Origin: Acidimicrobiia bacterium
Lineage (GTDB): Bacteria; Actinomycetota; Acidimicrobiia; Spongiisociales; ZC4RG35
Reading direction: 5' to 3'
Length of the DNA stretch: 64,000 bases
Assembly: GCA_026002975.1 (NCBI GenBank)
Contig: BPGJ01000005.1
Location: 6,438-70,437 of the forward strand
The notes under the pieces are model-generated. The model made no database searches and had not been told where the DNA came from. It saw only the letters and a program-made list of their open reading frames with translations. Each line of letters begins with the position of its first letter. Position 1 is the first letter of the stretch. Of this stretch, positions 37,751 through 46,874 are shown piece after piece. Made by a program: the position numbers and the translations under genes.

Positions 37751-40021
37751 ATGGCGGTGGGTCGTCTGTCCCGTCCCAACTCGGCGTGGGTGCCGCCGTT
37801 GGTGGTGGCGGTCGCCTCGATCGCCATCCTCACCGTCCTCAACCCCTGGCACCTGATCAGCCCCACCACGCCCTCGGGAGGGGACATGGGGGCCCACGTC
37901 TACCCCCCCGACTATCTGCAGAACGTCCTGCTGCCGTCGGGCCGTCTCCAAGGCTGGTCTCAGGACTGGTTCGCCGGGTTCCCCATCTACTACTTCTACT
38001 TCCCGCTTCCCTCCCTGGTGATCGTCCTGGCAGACCTGGTCCTCCCCTACGGGGTGGCTTTCAAGCTGGTCACCGTCTCCGGTCTGGTGGCTCTCCCCCC
38101 GGCGGTCTACTTCCTCGTCCGTTGCCTCCGCTTCTCCCGGACCGTGGCCGCGGTCTGCGCAGCCGGGGTGGTGCCCTTCACGTTGATGGAGAGCTACTCC
38201 ATCTACGGAGCCAACGTCGCTTCCACCCTGGCGGGAGAGTTCGCTTTCTCGTGGTCGTTCGCTCTCGGATTCGTCTACCTGGGATTGCTGGTCCGCACGG
38301 TGAGGGGCGAGCCCCACCTGGGACCGTGGGCGGCGCTCGTCTTCGCCCTCACCGCCCTCTCCCACGTCCTCACGGTGATCGTGCTGGTGGTCGCTTCCCT
38401 GTTCGTCGTCAGGCGCAAGGGTTCTTCCCGGCTCGCCATTCCCATCTGGGTGTGGGCGGCTGCCATGACCGGGGTTTGGTCGATCCCGTTCCTGCTGAGG
38501 ATCGGGTATTCGACCGACATGGCCTGGACGCCCCTCAGCCGGGTGGAGGAGCTGTTCCCGGTCGAGATCTGGTTGCTGCTCCCCATCGCGATCGCCGGAG
38601 GGGTATGGGCCGTGCGCCGCACCTACGACGCGGTTCCCTTGGTGGTGGCGACCCTGGTGCCGGTCTTCTACTACCCGATACCCGTCCTGGCTTCGAGCCT
38701 GGCCCCCCAGATCTTCGGGGAGGGGAGGTTCAAACTGTGGAACGGCCGGCTTCTGCCCTACTGGTACTTCGGGGTGACCCTCTTCGCTTCCCTGGCGCTG
38801 GGGGGGTTCGTGGTTTGGCTGACCCGCAGGTTGCCTCGGCGGGTGGGAGTGGTTTGGGTGAGGGCCGCGGTGGTGGCGTGGGGGGTGGCGGGACTGGCCT
38901 TCGTGGCTTCCCGACCCGAAGCGCCCGGATGGGCTTCCCTGCTGGTGGCCGTCATGGCGCTCCTCGTGCTCGGCGCCACCTTGGCTCTGGGGACCGTGTC
39001 GGCCAGGGCGCTGCTCACCGGGCTGGCCTCGACGGTGCTGGTGTTCGGAGGTTTGGCCGGACTGACCTTCGTCGACGGCTGGGCCCGATGGAACTACACC
39101 GGATACGAGGGCAAGGAGGCTTGGGACGAGTACCGGGCCTTCATGGAGACCATCGACCGTCTCCCCCCCGGAAGGGTGCAGTGGGAGTTCAATCGGGAGC
39201 TCGACAAGTACGGAACCACCATGTCACTCATGTTGATCCCCTACTGGACGGGTCCCGAGCACCCGTCCATGGAGGGCCTGTTCTTCGAGTCGTCGATCAC
39301 GGTTCCGTTCCACTTCCTGAACCAGGCGGAGACCAGCCTGTCACCTTCCAGCCCGGTCCCCGGGCTGCGCTACCGGACGTTCGACTTCGACCGCGGGATC
39401 CAGCATCTGCGTCTGTACGGGGTGCGCTACTACGTGGCCTACACCGAGGAGGCGAAGTCGCGGGCCGACGCTCACCCCGACCTGATCAGGATCGCCGAAA
39501 CCGGGCCCTTCGTGGTCTACGAGATCGCCGACGTGGCGATGGTCGAGCCCCTCGCCTATCCGGTCGCGGTGTACGTGGGTTCGGAAGACTTCGAGGACTT
39601 GGCGTTGGAATGGTACGACGACCTCTCGCTGCTCGACCGGCCGGTGGCGGCCGACGGGCCACCGGATTGGCCCAGGGTCACCGACCTGGATCAGCTCCCC
39701 GACCGTACGGTCTGGTCGGATGGGCAGGTGGAGGACGTCCTGATCGAAGACCATCGCATCTCGTTCCGGACCTCTGCGGTCGGGGTTCCCCACCTGGTCA
39801 AGGTCTCCTACTTCCCCAACTGGAAGGCCTATGGCGCCGACGGCCCCTACCGGGTCACGCCTTCGCTGATGGTGGTGGTTCCCACCGCCGAGGAGGTGGA
39901 GCTGCGGTTCGAACGGACCTGGGTGGAGTGGACGGGTCTCCTCGCCTCCGTTGCGGGTTTCGGCCTGTTCTTCCTGTTCGTGTTCAGACGCCGCCGCGAC
40001 GGGTCCACCACAGGATCTTGA
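37751..40021 (+). CDS. large polytopic membrane protein (756 aa), GT-C-like putative polyprenol-phosphate-sugar-dependent glycosyltransferase
   Basis: About 13 transmembrane segments in the first 480 aa, with aromatic-rich loops (WSQDWFAGFPIYYFYFPLP). Then a roughly 250-aa extracytoplasmic domain and a final transmembrane helix. It is convergent with, and overlaps, the Ppm-synthase gene. Function is inferred from topology and context only. Confidence 0.6.
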   Translation: MAVGRLSRPNSAWVPPLVVAVASIAILTVLNPWHLISPTTPSGGDMGAHVYPPDYLQNVLLPSGRLQGWSQDWFAGFPIYYFYFPLPSLVIVLADLVLPYGVAFKLVTVSGLVALPPAVYFLVRCLRFSRTVAAVCAAGVVPFTLMESYSIYGANVASTLAGEFAFSWSFALGFVYLGLLVRTVRGEPHLGPWAALVFALTALSHVLTVIVLVVASLFVVRRKGSSRLAIPIWVWAAAMTGVWSIPFLLRIGYSTDMAWTPLSRVEELFPVEIWLLLPIAIAGGVWAVRRTYDAVPLVVATLVPVFYYPIPVLASSLAPQIFGEGRFKLWNGRLLPYWYFGVTLFASLALGGFVVWLTRRLPRRVGVVWVRAAVVAWGVAGLAFVASRPEAPGWASLLVAVMALLVLGATLALGTVSARALLTGLASTVLVFGGLAGLTFVDGWARWNYTGYEGKEAWDEYRAFMETIDRLPPGRVQWEFNRELDKYGTTMSLMLIPYWTGPEHPSMEGLFFESSITVPFHFLNQAETSLSPSSPVPGLRYRTFDFDRGIQHLRLYGVRYYVAYTEEAKSRADAHPDLIRIAETGPFVVYEIADVAMVEPLAYPVAVYVGSEDFEDLALEWYDDLSLLDRPVAADGPPDWPRVTDLDQLPDRTVWSDGQVEDVLIEDHRISFRTSAVGVPHLVKVSYFPNWKAYGADGPYRVTPSLMVVVPTAEEVELRFERTWVEWTGLLASVAGFGLFFLFVFRRRRDGSTTGS

Positions 40022-40700
40022 GGGTGTCTCTCCCCAGGTCCCACATCATGTGTGGGCGAAGCGACGAGTCGGCGGCGTCGGGGGAGAGCCTCACCGGCGC
40101 CTCCGCCACCCGGAAACCGGCTCTGTGGGCCCTCACCACCAGCTCGAGGTCGAAGGCGTAGCCCCTCACCCGGACCTGGGGGAGCACCGTGTCGAGGACC
40201 TCCCGACGGAACAGCTTCAATCCCGTCTGGGATTCCGACACCGGGAGACCCAACATGCGGTGGGTGATCGACGCGTACAGGCGGCTCAGGGCCCGTCGCA
40301 CCGTCGGATAGTTGCCTTCGCTCATCGAGCCCCTCTTCGAACCCACCACCACGTCCGCCTCGTCCAGGGCGGGGAGCAGGTCGGGAATCTGCTCGGGTGG
40401 CAGATCCAGGTCTGCGTCCAGGAAGACCACCACCTCGCCCCGGCTGGCCTTCCAGCCGGACAGCAGCGCCTCTCCCTTGCCCCGGTTCTCCCGGTGTCGG
40501 ACCACCGAAACCCGGGGATCGACTTCGGCGAGCCGGGCCGCCTCCTGGTAGGTGGCGTCGGGGCTGCCGTCGTCCACCACCACCAACTCGAAGCTGGTGA
40601 CCGGTTCCAAGGCCTCTAGGGTCCGCTTTAGGTTTTGTGCGATCACCGGGCCGAGCCGGAACGCAGGAAGAACGACGGACACACGGGGAGGAATCGACAT
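39984..40700 (-). CDS. GT2 polyprenol-phosphate mannosyltransferase (Ppm1/DPM1-like polyprenol monophosphomannose synthase)
   Basis: VSVVLPAFRLGPVIAQNLKRTLE...ELVVVDDGSPDATY...VVFLDADLDLPPEQI...GSKRG. 238 aa, the soluble DPM1-type size. Confidence 0.85.
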   Translation of the reverse strand: MSIPPRVSVVLPAFRLGPVIAQNLKRTLEALEPVTSFELVVVDDGSPDATYQEAARLAEVDPRVSVVRHRENRGKGEALLSGWKASRGEVVVFLDADLDLPPEQIPDLLPALDEADVVVGSKRGSMSEGNYPTVRRALSRLYASITHRMLGLPVSESQTGLKLFRREVLDTVLPQVRVRGYAFDLELVVRAHRAGFRVAEAPVRLSPDAADSSLRPHMMWDLGRDTLKILWWTRRGGV

Positions 40701-40751
40701 TCGTGGGTCAGTCTAAGGGTGGGCGCGAATCGGGCGGGTAGCATCGGCGGC

Positions 40752-42092
40752 GTGGCCGACATCGACCTGGTCTTCAAGGCGTACGACATCCGGGGGCGCA
40801 CCGACAACGGCGAGCTAGACGCCGCGCTCGCCGAACAGGTCGGGGCTGCCTTCGTCCAGCTAACCGGGGGCGAGCAGGTGGCGGTCGGTTGGGACTGCCG
40901 GCTTTCCTCCCCCGAGCTATCCCGGGCCTTCATCGCAGGAGTGACCTCCCAGGGGGCCGACGTCCTGGCCCTCGGCGAGGTCCCGACCGACGTCGTCTAC
41001 TACGTGTCGGGGTCGCGTAGTGTCCCCGGCGCGGCCATCACCGCCAGTCACAACCCTCCCGAGTACAACGGCATCAAACTCTGCCGGGCCGGCGCCGCCC
41101 CGGTGGGTGCGGACACCGGGCTGGCCGAGATCAAGAGGATGGTGATCGAGGGTGTGGCCCGGGGCCCGGGCGGCGGTCGAGTGGAGCGGATCGACCCGAT
41201 ACCCGGCTACGTGGATCATCTTCTGTCGGTGGTCGACCCGGAGGCGATCGAACCGCTGCTGGTAGCGGTCGACGGAGGCAACGGCATGGCCGGGGTGGTG
41301 GTACCCACCGTGTTCGAACGGATTCCCGCCCGACTGGCAGGGCTGTACCTGGAGCCCGACGGAACCTTCCCCAACCATCCCGCCGACCCGCTCCAGCCCG
41401 AGAACCTGACGGATCTGGTCAGACTCGTCAGGGCTCGGTCCGCCGACTTGGGGGTCGCCTTCGACGGGGACGCCGACCGGGCGTTCTTCATCGACGACCA
41501 GGGCGAACCCCTCTCCGGATCGACCACCACCGCCCTGATCGCCCGGTGGTTCCTGGCTCGCAACCCGGGAGCCAAGATCGTCCACAACCTGATCACCTCC
41601 AGAGCCGTTCCCGAGACGATCAGGGCCCACGGCGGTGTCCCCGTCAGGACCCGGGTCGGCCACTCCTTCATCAAACAGGTGATGGCCGAGACCGGAGCCG
41701 TGTTCGGAGGCGAACACTCCGGCCATTACTACTTCGCCGCCAACTACCGGGCTGATTCGGGGATGCTGGCGATGTTGGTCTTGCTGCAGGTCCTCTCCGA
41801 GGCCGGGAGACCCCTGTCCGAGCTGAGGAAGGAGGTCGAACCGTATGTGGCCTCGGGCGAGATCAACCTTCGGGTGGCGGACCGGGAAGCGGCCATCGAG
41901 AAGGTGGCCGCCGCCTTCCCCGACGCCGAGATCGACCGGCTCGACGGCCTGACCGTCTCCTGGGAGGACCGATGGTTCAACCTGAGACCCTCCAACACCG
42001 AACCGCTGGTGAGGCTCAACGTCGAGGGACCCACCAGGGAGGCAGTCGACGAGCTGGTGGAGAAGGTCAAGACCCTGGTCGAGGGTTCGTGA
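40752..42092 (+). CDS. manB: phosphomannomutase/phosphoglucomutase
   Basis: VADIDLVFKAYDIRGRTDN...active-site TASHNPPEYNGIK...GGEHSGHYYF. GTG start 40752 chosen. The longer frame to 40635 overlaps the divergent Ppm gene. Confidence 0.85.
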   Translation: MADIDLVFKAYDIRGRTDNGELDAALAEQVGAAFVQLTGGEQVAVGWDCRLSSPELSRAFIAGVTSQGADVLALGEVPTDVVYYVSGSRSVPGAAITASHNPPEYNGIKLCRAGAAPVGADTGLAEIKRMVIEGVARGPGGGRVERIDPIPGYVDHLLSVVDPEAIEPLLVAVDGGNGMAGVVVPTVFERIPARLAGLYLEPDGTFPNHPADPLQPENLTDLVRLVRARSADLGVAFDGDADRAFFIDDQGEPLSGSTTTALIARWFLARNPGAKIVHNLITSRAVPETIRAHGGVPVRTRVGHSFIKQVMAETGAVFGGEHSGHYYFAANYRADSGMLAMLVLLQVLSEAGRPLSELRKEVEPYVASGEINLRVADREAAIEKVAAAFPDAEIDRLDGLTVSWEDRWFNLRPSNTEPLVRLNVEGPTREAVDELVEKVKTLVEGS

Positions 42093-42093
42093 C

Positions 42094-42258
42094 ATGGCGC
42101 TGGTCGAACCCTGGTTGCTCGAGATTCTCCGCTGCCCGGTGTGCCGGGCGCCGGTGACGGAAGACGAAGCGGCCTCCGTGTTGCGGTGCACCGCAGCCGA
42201 CCACGTGTACCCGGTGGTGGAGGGCGTCCCCAACATGCTCCCCCCCGAAGACAGATGA
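42094..42258 (+). CDS. Trm112-like (DUF343) mini-protein, 54 aa
   Basis: MALVEPWLLEILRCPVCRAPVTEDEAASVLRCTAADHVYPVVEGVPNMLPPEDR. CPxC...C Trm112p-like zinc-ribbon. ATG is 2 nt after the manB stop. Its stop overlaps the next start (ATGA at 42255-42258). Confidence 0.5.
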   Translation: MALVEPWLLEILRCPVCRAPVTEDEAASVLRCTAADHVYPVVEGVPNMLPPEDR

Positions 42259-43241
42259 GAGAAGCCATAGCCGGGCTCCCCGATCAGCTTCGTTGGGCCG
42301 CCGAGGTGGACACCCCCACCGTCGAGGGGGCCTCGGAGATCCTGGTCTGCGGGATGGGCGGCTCGGCCATCTCCGGGGACTATCTGGCCGCCCTGACCGC
42401 CGAAACCGGCAAGCGGGTCACCACCCATAGGGGATACGGGCTACCCCGGTGGTCGCCACACGTCCGGCCTCTGATCCTGGCCGTGTCGTACTCCGGCGAC
42501 ACCGAAGAGACCCTGTCGGCGGTCGACCGGGCCGCCGAATGGGGTCTCCCCGTCGGTGTGGTCGCCTCGGGCGGTGAGCTCGTCCGCCGGGCCCGGGAGG
42601 CCGGATGGCCCACCATCGTGGTCCCTGCCGGACATCAACCCCGGGCAGCCCTCGGCTATCTCCTCGGAGGAGCGGCCCGACTGGCCGCCTGCGCCGGCGT
42701 GCTGCCCGGGATCATCGACGAGCTGGTGGAAGCCGCCGACGTGGTGGCGGATCTGCTCGACTCGGGGGCCGCTCCGGGTCTCGCCCGTGACCTGGCCGGT
42801 GCCTTGGACGGACGCATCCCCGTCGTCTACGGGGCGGTGGGACCCACCGCTCCGGTGGCGATGCGCTGGAAGACCCAGATCAACGAGAACGGCAAATGGC
42901 CCGCATGGTGGTCCCTGCTCCCCGAAGCCGACCACAACGAGGTGGTCGGGTGGGCGGCCCGGCCCGATCTGTCCCGCCGGGTGGGGCTGGTGGCGCTGCG
43001 GGACCGTCTCGAAACTCCCGAGACCGCCCGCCGGTTCGAAGCGACCATGGAGGTGACCGCCGCGCAAGTGGACTGGGTGGGGGAGGTCTGGTCCCAGGGG
43101 GAGTCCACCCTGGCACGGATGATGAGCCTCACCGTGGTGGGTGACCTGGTGTCCGTGGAGCTGGCCGAATCGGCCGGGGTCGACCCAACCCCGGTCGAAG
43201 TGATCGAACGACTCAAGCGACTCTTGAAGGAAGGGGACTGA
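42255..43241 (+). CDS. SIS-domain bifunctional phosphoglucose/phosphomannose isomerase family protein
   Basis: ILVCGMGGSAISGDYLAAL...LILAVSYSGDTEETLSAV (two SIS subdomains); 328 aa. It sits at the manA position of the conserved actinobacterial manB-manA-sahH block. Confidence 0.75.
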   Translation: MREAIAGLPDQLRWAAEVDTPTVEGASEILVCGMGGSAISGDYLAALTAETGKRVTTHRGYGLPRWSPHVRPLILAVSYSGDTEETLSAVDRAAEWGLPVGVVASGGELVRRAREAGWPTIVVPAGHQPRAALGYLLGGAARLAACAGVLPGIIDELVEAADVVADLLDSGAAPGLARDLAGALDGRIPVVYGAVGPTAPVAMRWKTQINENGKWPAWWSLLPEADHNEVVGWAARPDLSRRVGLVALRDRLETPETARRFEATMEVTAAQVDWVGEVWSQGESTLARMMSLTVVGDLVSVELAESAGVDPTPVEVIERLKRLLKEGD

Positions 43242-44489
43242 ATGGACTACGACATCGCAGATCCGGGCCTGGCCGAAGAGGGTCTCCGCCGCATCTCCTG
43301 GGCGGGCCGCCGAATGCCCGTTCTGGGGGAGATACGACGCCGGTTCGCCGAGGAGCGACCCCTGGAGGGCCGCAGGGTGGGCGCCTGCCTCCACGTCACG
43401 GCGGAGACGGCCAACCTGATGTTGGCCCTCCGAGACGCCGGAGCCAGCCCGGTGCTCTGCGCCTCCAACCCGCTCTCCACCCAGGACGACGTGGCCGCCG
43501 CTCTCGTTCGGGAGGGAATCCCCGTTTTCGCGGTGCGAGGGGAGGACTCCGACAGGTACTACGCCCACATCCATGCGGTGTTGGACACCAAGCCCGATGT
43601 CACCATGGACGATGGAGCCGACCTGGTCACGGTGATGCATACCGATCGGACCGACGTCCAGCCGGTCGGGTCCACCGAAGAGACCACCACCGGGGTGATC
43701 AGGCTGAGGGCGATGGCCCGGGACGGGACTTTGAGGCTCCCGGTGGTGGCCGTCAACGACTCCGACACCAAACATCTGTTCGACAATCGTTACGGGACCG
43801 GACAGTCGGCCCTGGACGGCATCATCCGAGCCTCCAACATCCTGCTCGCCGGGTCGGTCGTGGTGGTGATCGGCTACGGGGACTGCGGCCGGGGTGTTGC
43901 GATGCGGGCCGATGGGTTGGGAGCCCGGGTGGTGGTGGTGGAAGTCGACCCGGTCCGGGCGTTGGAGGCGGCCATGGACGGCTTCCAGGTCACCGACGGG
44001 TTGGGAGCCGCCGAGCTGGGTGACGTGTTCGTGACCGTCACCGGCAACAAGCACGTCCTGAGGGGAGAGCACTTCACCCGGATGAAAGACGGCGCGATCC
44101 TCGCCAACGCCGGCCACTTCGACATCGAGATCGATCTGGAGGCGTTGGCGTCGATGGCCAGAGCTCGGCGGCCGGTGCGTCCCAACCTGGAGGAATTCGA
44201 GCTGGAGGACGGAAGGAGGATCCTGGTCGCCGCGCAGGGCCGACTGGTCAACCTGGGAGCAGCCGAGGGCCACCCTCCCGATGTGATGGACATGTCGTTC
44301 TCGAACCAGGCGCTGGCCGCCGAGTGGCTGATCGGGCGGGCGGGAACACTGGAGCCGGGTATCTACACCTTGCCTCGGGAGATCGACCAGCAGGTCGCCA
44401 GACTGAAGCTGGAGTCGATGGGTCACACCCTGGAGGCGCTCACCGCCGAGCAGGAGGCCTACCTGTCCGGGTGGCGGGAGGGAACGTAA
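43242..44489 (+). CDS. ahcY: adenosylhomocysteinase (short form, 415 aa)
   Basis: MDYDIADPGLAEEGLRRISWAGRRMPVLGEIRRRF...NAD-binding VVVIGYGDCGRGVAMRADGLGARVVVVEVDP...HPPDVMDMSFSNQALA. Confidence 0.95.
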   Translation: MDYDIADPGLAEEGLRRISWAGRRMPVLGEIRRRFAEERPLEGRRVGACLHVTAETANLMLALRDAGASPVLCASNPLSTQDDVAAALVREGIPVFAVRGEDSDRYYAHIHAVLDTKPDVTMDDGADLVTVMHTDRTDVQPVGSTEETTTGVIRLRAMARDGTLRLPVVAVNDSDTKHLFDNRYGTGQSALDGIIRASNILLAGSVVVVIGYGDCGRGVAMRADGLGARVVVVEVDPVRALEAAMDGFQVTDGLGAAELGDVFVTVTGNKHVLRGEHFTRMKDGAILANAGHFDIEIDLEALASMARARRPVRPNLEEFELEDGRRILVAAQGRLVNLGAAEGHPPDVMDMSFSNQALAAEWLIGRAGTLEPGIYTLPREIDQQVARLKLESMGHTLEALTAEQEAYLSGWREGT

Positions 44490-44549
44490 GGGAATAGGAG
44501 CGGCGGGGTCATTCGTTTCTTGGGTTGACGAAACCAGAAGGGAAAGGAG

Positions 44550-45014
44550 GTGATGGCGATGGCACTGCCGGTTCGTCGTAACACCTTCGAACCCCAGGTC
44601 TTCGAAGTCAGTCCTTTCACCGAGTTCGATCGGCTGACCCGCCAGATGTTCGACCTCTTCGACCGTGCGTGGCGGCAGCCGCTGTGGACCGAGGCCGGGT
44701 TCGTTCCCGCAGCCGACCTCGAGGAGACCGACAAGGAGTTCATCGTCGAGATCGAGCTTCCCGGGGTGAAGCGGGAGGACATCGACATCCAGATCTCCGG
44801 TCGTCACCTGACCGTGACCGGTGAACGCAAGGAGAAGGAGAGGGTCGGTGTCCTGCGTCGCCGCACCCGGACGGTAGGTCGGTTCCACTACGAGGTCACC
44901 TTCCCGGCCGACGTGGTGGAGGACAACGTCGAAGCGACCTACGCCGACGGCATCCTCACCATCGTGGTGCCGAAGGCCGAGGCCGAGCGGGTCAGGAAGA
45001 TCCAGGTGAAGTGA
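44550..45014 (+). CDS. Hsp20/alpha-crystallin family small heat-shock protein
   Basis: ADLEETDKEFIVEIELPGVKREDIDIQISGRHLTVTGERK...ATYADGILTIVVPKAE. GGAGG ribosome-binding site. Confidence 0.9.
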   Translation: MMAMALPVRRNTFEPQVFEVSPFTEFDRLTRQMFDLFDRAWRQPLWTEAGFVPAADLEETDKEFIVEIELPGVKREDIDIQISGRHLTVTGERKEKERVGVLRRRTRTVGRFHYEVTFPADVVEDNVEATYADGILTIVVPKAEAERVRKIQVK

Positions 45015-45029
45015 TCCGACCCGCGGTCG

Positions 45030-45629
45030 GTGTCACACCCCGGACGTAGGGTCCGGGGTGTGTTCTGTTTGGGCTGTGGAAGCTGGGGCAGCCGAATCTG
45101 TACGGCCTGCCGGGCGGGTCTCCGGCCCGGCCCGGAACGGACCGTGGCGGAGACCACGGTGAGGTCGGCCTTCGAACACACCGGCACGGGAAGGACCCTG
45201 ATACACGCCCTCAAATACAGGGGGGTGGTCGCGGTGGTCGATGTCCTCGCGCCGGCCATGGCCGGGTTGATCCCCCCGACCGCCCGGGCGCTGGTTCCGA
45301 TTCCTCGGGCCCATCAGCGGAGATTGCGGTACGGGATAGACCCCGCGTGGGAGTTGGCACGGGCCGTAGGGAAGGCCACCGGCGTCGAGGTCGTATCGGC
45401 CCTGGCACCGCCCGTGTTCAGCCGCCCCCACGCCGGTGGCTCAAGGAGCAGCAGAAGGGTGCCGATCTTCCGGGTCGTGAGCGAAACTCCTCTTCCTGCC
45501 GTCCTGATCGACGACGTGGTGACCACCGGGTCCACCATCGTCGGGGCGCTCCTGGCGTTGGGCCGCATCCAGGGGGCGGTGACCGCCACCTCGGCAGTGA
45601 CTAGCCTCGTCGGGGGGGTTCACCCATGA
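45030..45629 (+). CDS. ComF-family phosphoribosyltransferase-domain protein
   Basis: N-terminal zinc finger FCLGCGSWGSRICTACRAG. C-terminal PRTase motif VLIDDVVTTGSTIVGA. Start ambiguous (ATG 45030 or GTG 45060), and both lie inside the hairpin. Confidence 0.7.
   Translation: MSHPGRRVRGVFCLGCGSWGSRICTACRAGLRPGPERTVAETTVRSAFEHTGTGRTLIHALKYRGVVAVVDVLAPAMAGLIPPTARALVPIPRAHQRRLRYGIDPAWELARAVGKATGVEVVSALAPPVFSRPHAGGSRSSRRVPIFRVVSETPLPAVLIDDVVTTGSTIVGALLALGRIQGAVTATSAVTSLVGGVHP
45034..45070 (+). terminator. rho-independent terminator-like hairpin after hsp20 (12-bp perfect stem CACACCCCGGAC/GTCCGGGGTGTG, loop GTAGG, then TTCTGTTT)
   Basis: Stem 45034-45045 pairs with 45051-45062, followed by a U-rich tract. 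It overlaps the predicted comF start region. Confidence 0.4.
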
Positions 45630-46180
45630 TCCTCGAGGAGGTACTCACCTTGGATATCGAGCTCCATACCCGTAACACCTCGGTCGACGACGTCTTCAGG
45701 GAGACCGTCGTCGAGAAGCTGTCCCGGGCCGCCCGGTTCTTCCCTCAGCTCGGCTCGGTGGACGTGGAGATCATCGAGGAGCCCAACCCCCGGCGCTCCG
45801 AGGACCGTTTCCGGGTGGAGCTGACCACCTCGGCCGCGGGGAGGGTGATCAGGGTGGAGAGCGCCGCACCCCAACCCGAGGCCGCACTCGACGACGCGGT
45901 CGACCGGTTCGCTCGAACCCTGAGACGCTGGAAGGAGAAGCTGATCGACTCGCACCGTCAGGCCCCGTCCGAGGCGGACTCCCGGAGGCGGCCGGTCCCC
46001 GAAAACCCGGTGGTGCGAACCAAACAGTTCGTGATGAAACCCTTGACCGTGGAGGAGGCCGCCATGCAGATGGACCTCCTGGGACACGACTTCTTCTTCT
46101 TCCTCAACGCCGAGACCGACAAGCACAGCGTCCTCTACCGGCGACGGGACGGCCGCCTGGGACTGATCGAACCGGCATGA
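45626..46180 (+). CDS. hpf: ribosome hibernation-promoting factor, long form (RaiA/HPF N-domain + C-terminal dimerisation domain)
   Basis: [44 protein letters not shown] (HPF N-domain). [55 protein letters not shown] (C-terminal domain). Confidence 0.9.
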   Translation: MILEEVLTLDIELHTRNTSVDDVFRETVVEKLSRAARFFPQLGSVDVEIIEEPNPRRSEDRFRVELTTSAAGRVIRVESAAPQPEAALDDAVDRFARTLRRWKEKLIDSHRQAPSEADSRRRPVPENPVVRTKQFVMKPLTVEEAAMQMDLLGHDFFFFLNAETDKHSVLYRRRDGRLGLIEPA

Positions 46181-46827
46181 CCAGCATCCTCATCGTCGAC
46201 GACGCCAAGCTCTTCCAGGCCGGGATGTCGGCGGCCTTCAAAGAGGCCGGGTTCGCGGTGGTGGGGACCGCCGATCGGGCGCTCGACGCGGTGAGGCTGG
46301 CCAGGGACACCAAACCCGACATCGTGCTGCTCGACGTGTTGATGCCGGGGATCTCCGGCCTGGAGGTGGTGGAGAAGATCCTCGACGTCAGCCCCGGGTC
46401 GAAGGTGGTGCTGCTCACCTCCTCGGAGTCCGAGGAAGACCTGCTGAAGGGGATCAAGGCGGGAGCCCGGGGCTACATCGTCAAGGACACCCCGCTGGGA
46501 GACCTGGTGGAGGCGGTCGAGGCGGTGGCTGCCGGAGGGGCGGTCGTGTCACCGGCTATGGGAGGGAAACTGTTCGACGTGGTCGCCCAGCTGCTGCGCC
46601 ATCGGGATCTGATAGCCGTCAGGCGACCGTCGCTGACCGGGCGGGAGATAGAGGTGCTGCAGCTGGTCGCCGAGGGGTTCACCTCCAGGGAGATCGGCGA
46701 AAAGCTGTTCATCTCGGAGAACACGGTCAAGAACCACGTCCGCAACATCCTCGACAAACTCGGCCTCCGTTCCCGAGGCGAAGCGGTCCTCTACGCGCTG
46801 CGGGAGCGGTTGATCACCCTCGACTGA
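46177..46827 (+). CDS. NarL/LuxR-family two-component response regulator (REC + HTH_LuxR), orphan
   Basis: [18 protein letters not shown]...[64 protein letters not shown] overlap with hpf. No kinase is adjacent. Confidence 0.9.
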   Translation: MTSILIVDDAKLFQAGMSAAFKEAGFAVVGTADRALDAVRLARDTKPDIVLLDVLMPGISGLEVVEKILDVSPGSKVVLLTSSESEEDLLKGIKAGARGYIVKDTPLGDLVEAVEAVAAGGAVVSPAMGGKLFDVVAQLLRHRDLIAVRRPSLTGREIEVLQLVAEGFTSREIGEKLFISENTVKNHVRNILDKLGLRSRGEAVLYALRERLITLD

Positions 46828-46874
46828 ACCTCACGGGTCCTCAAACCGCGTCGCCTCCGATAGCATCGACCCAT

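Noticed and set aside
40635-40751. Upstream extension of manB
   Set aside because: It overlaps the divergent Ppm synthase gene by 66 nt. ManB homology begins at VADIDLVFKAYDIRG, so GTG 40752 was chosen.
44490-44549. Possible HAIR/HspR-type inverted repeat upstream of hsp20 (CTTGGGTTGACGAAACCAGAAG)
   Set aside because: The two arms are not complementary beyond 3-4 nt.
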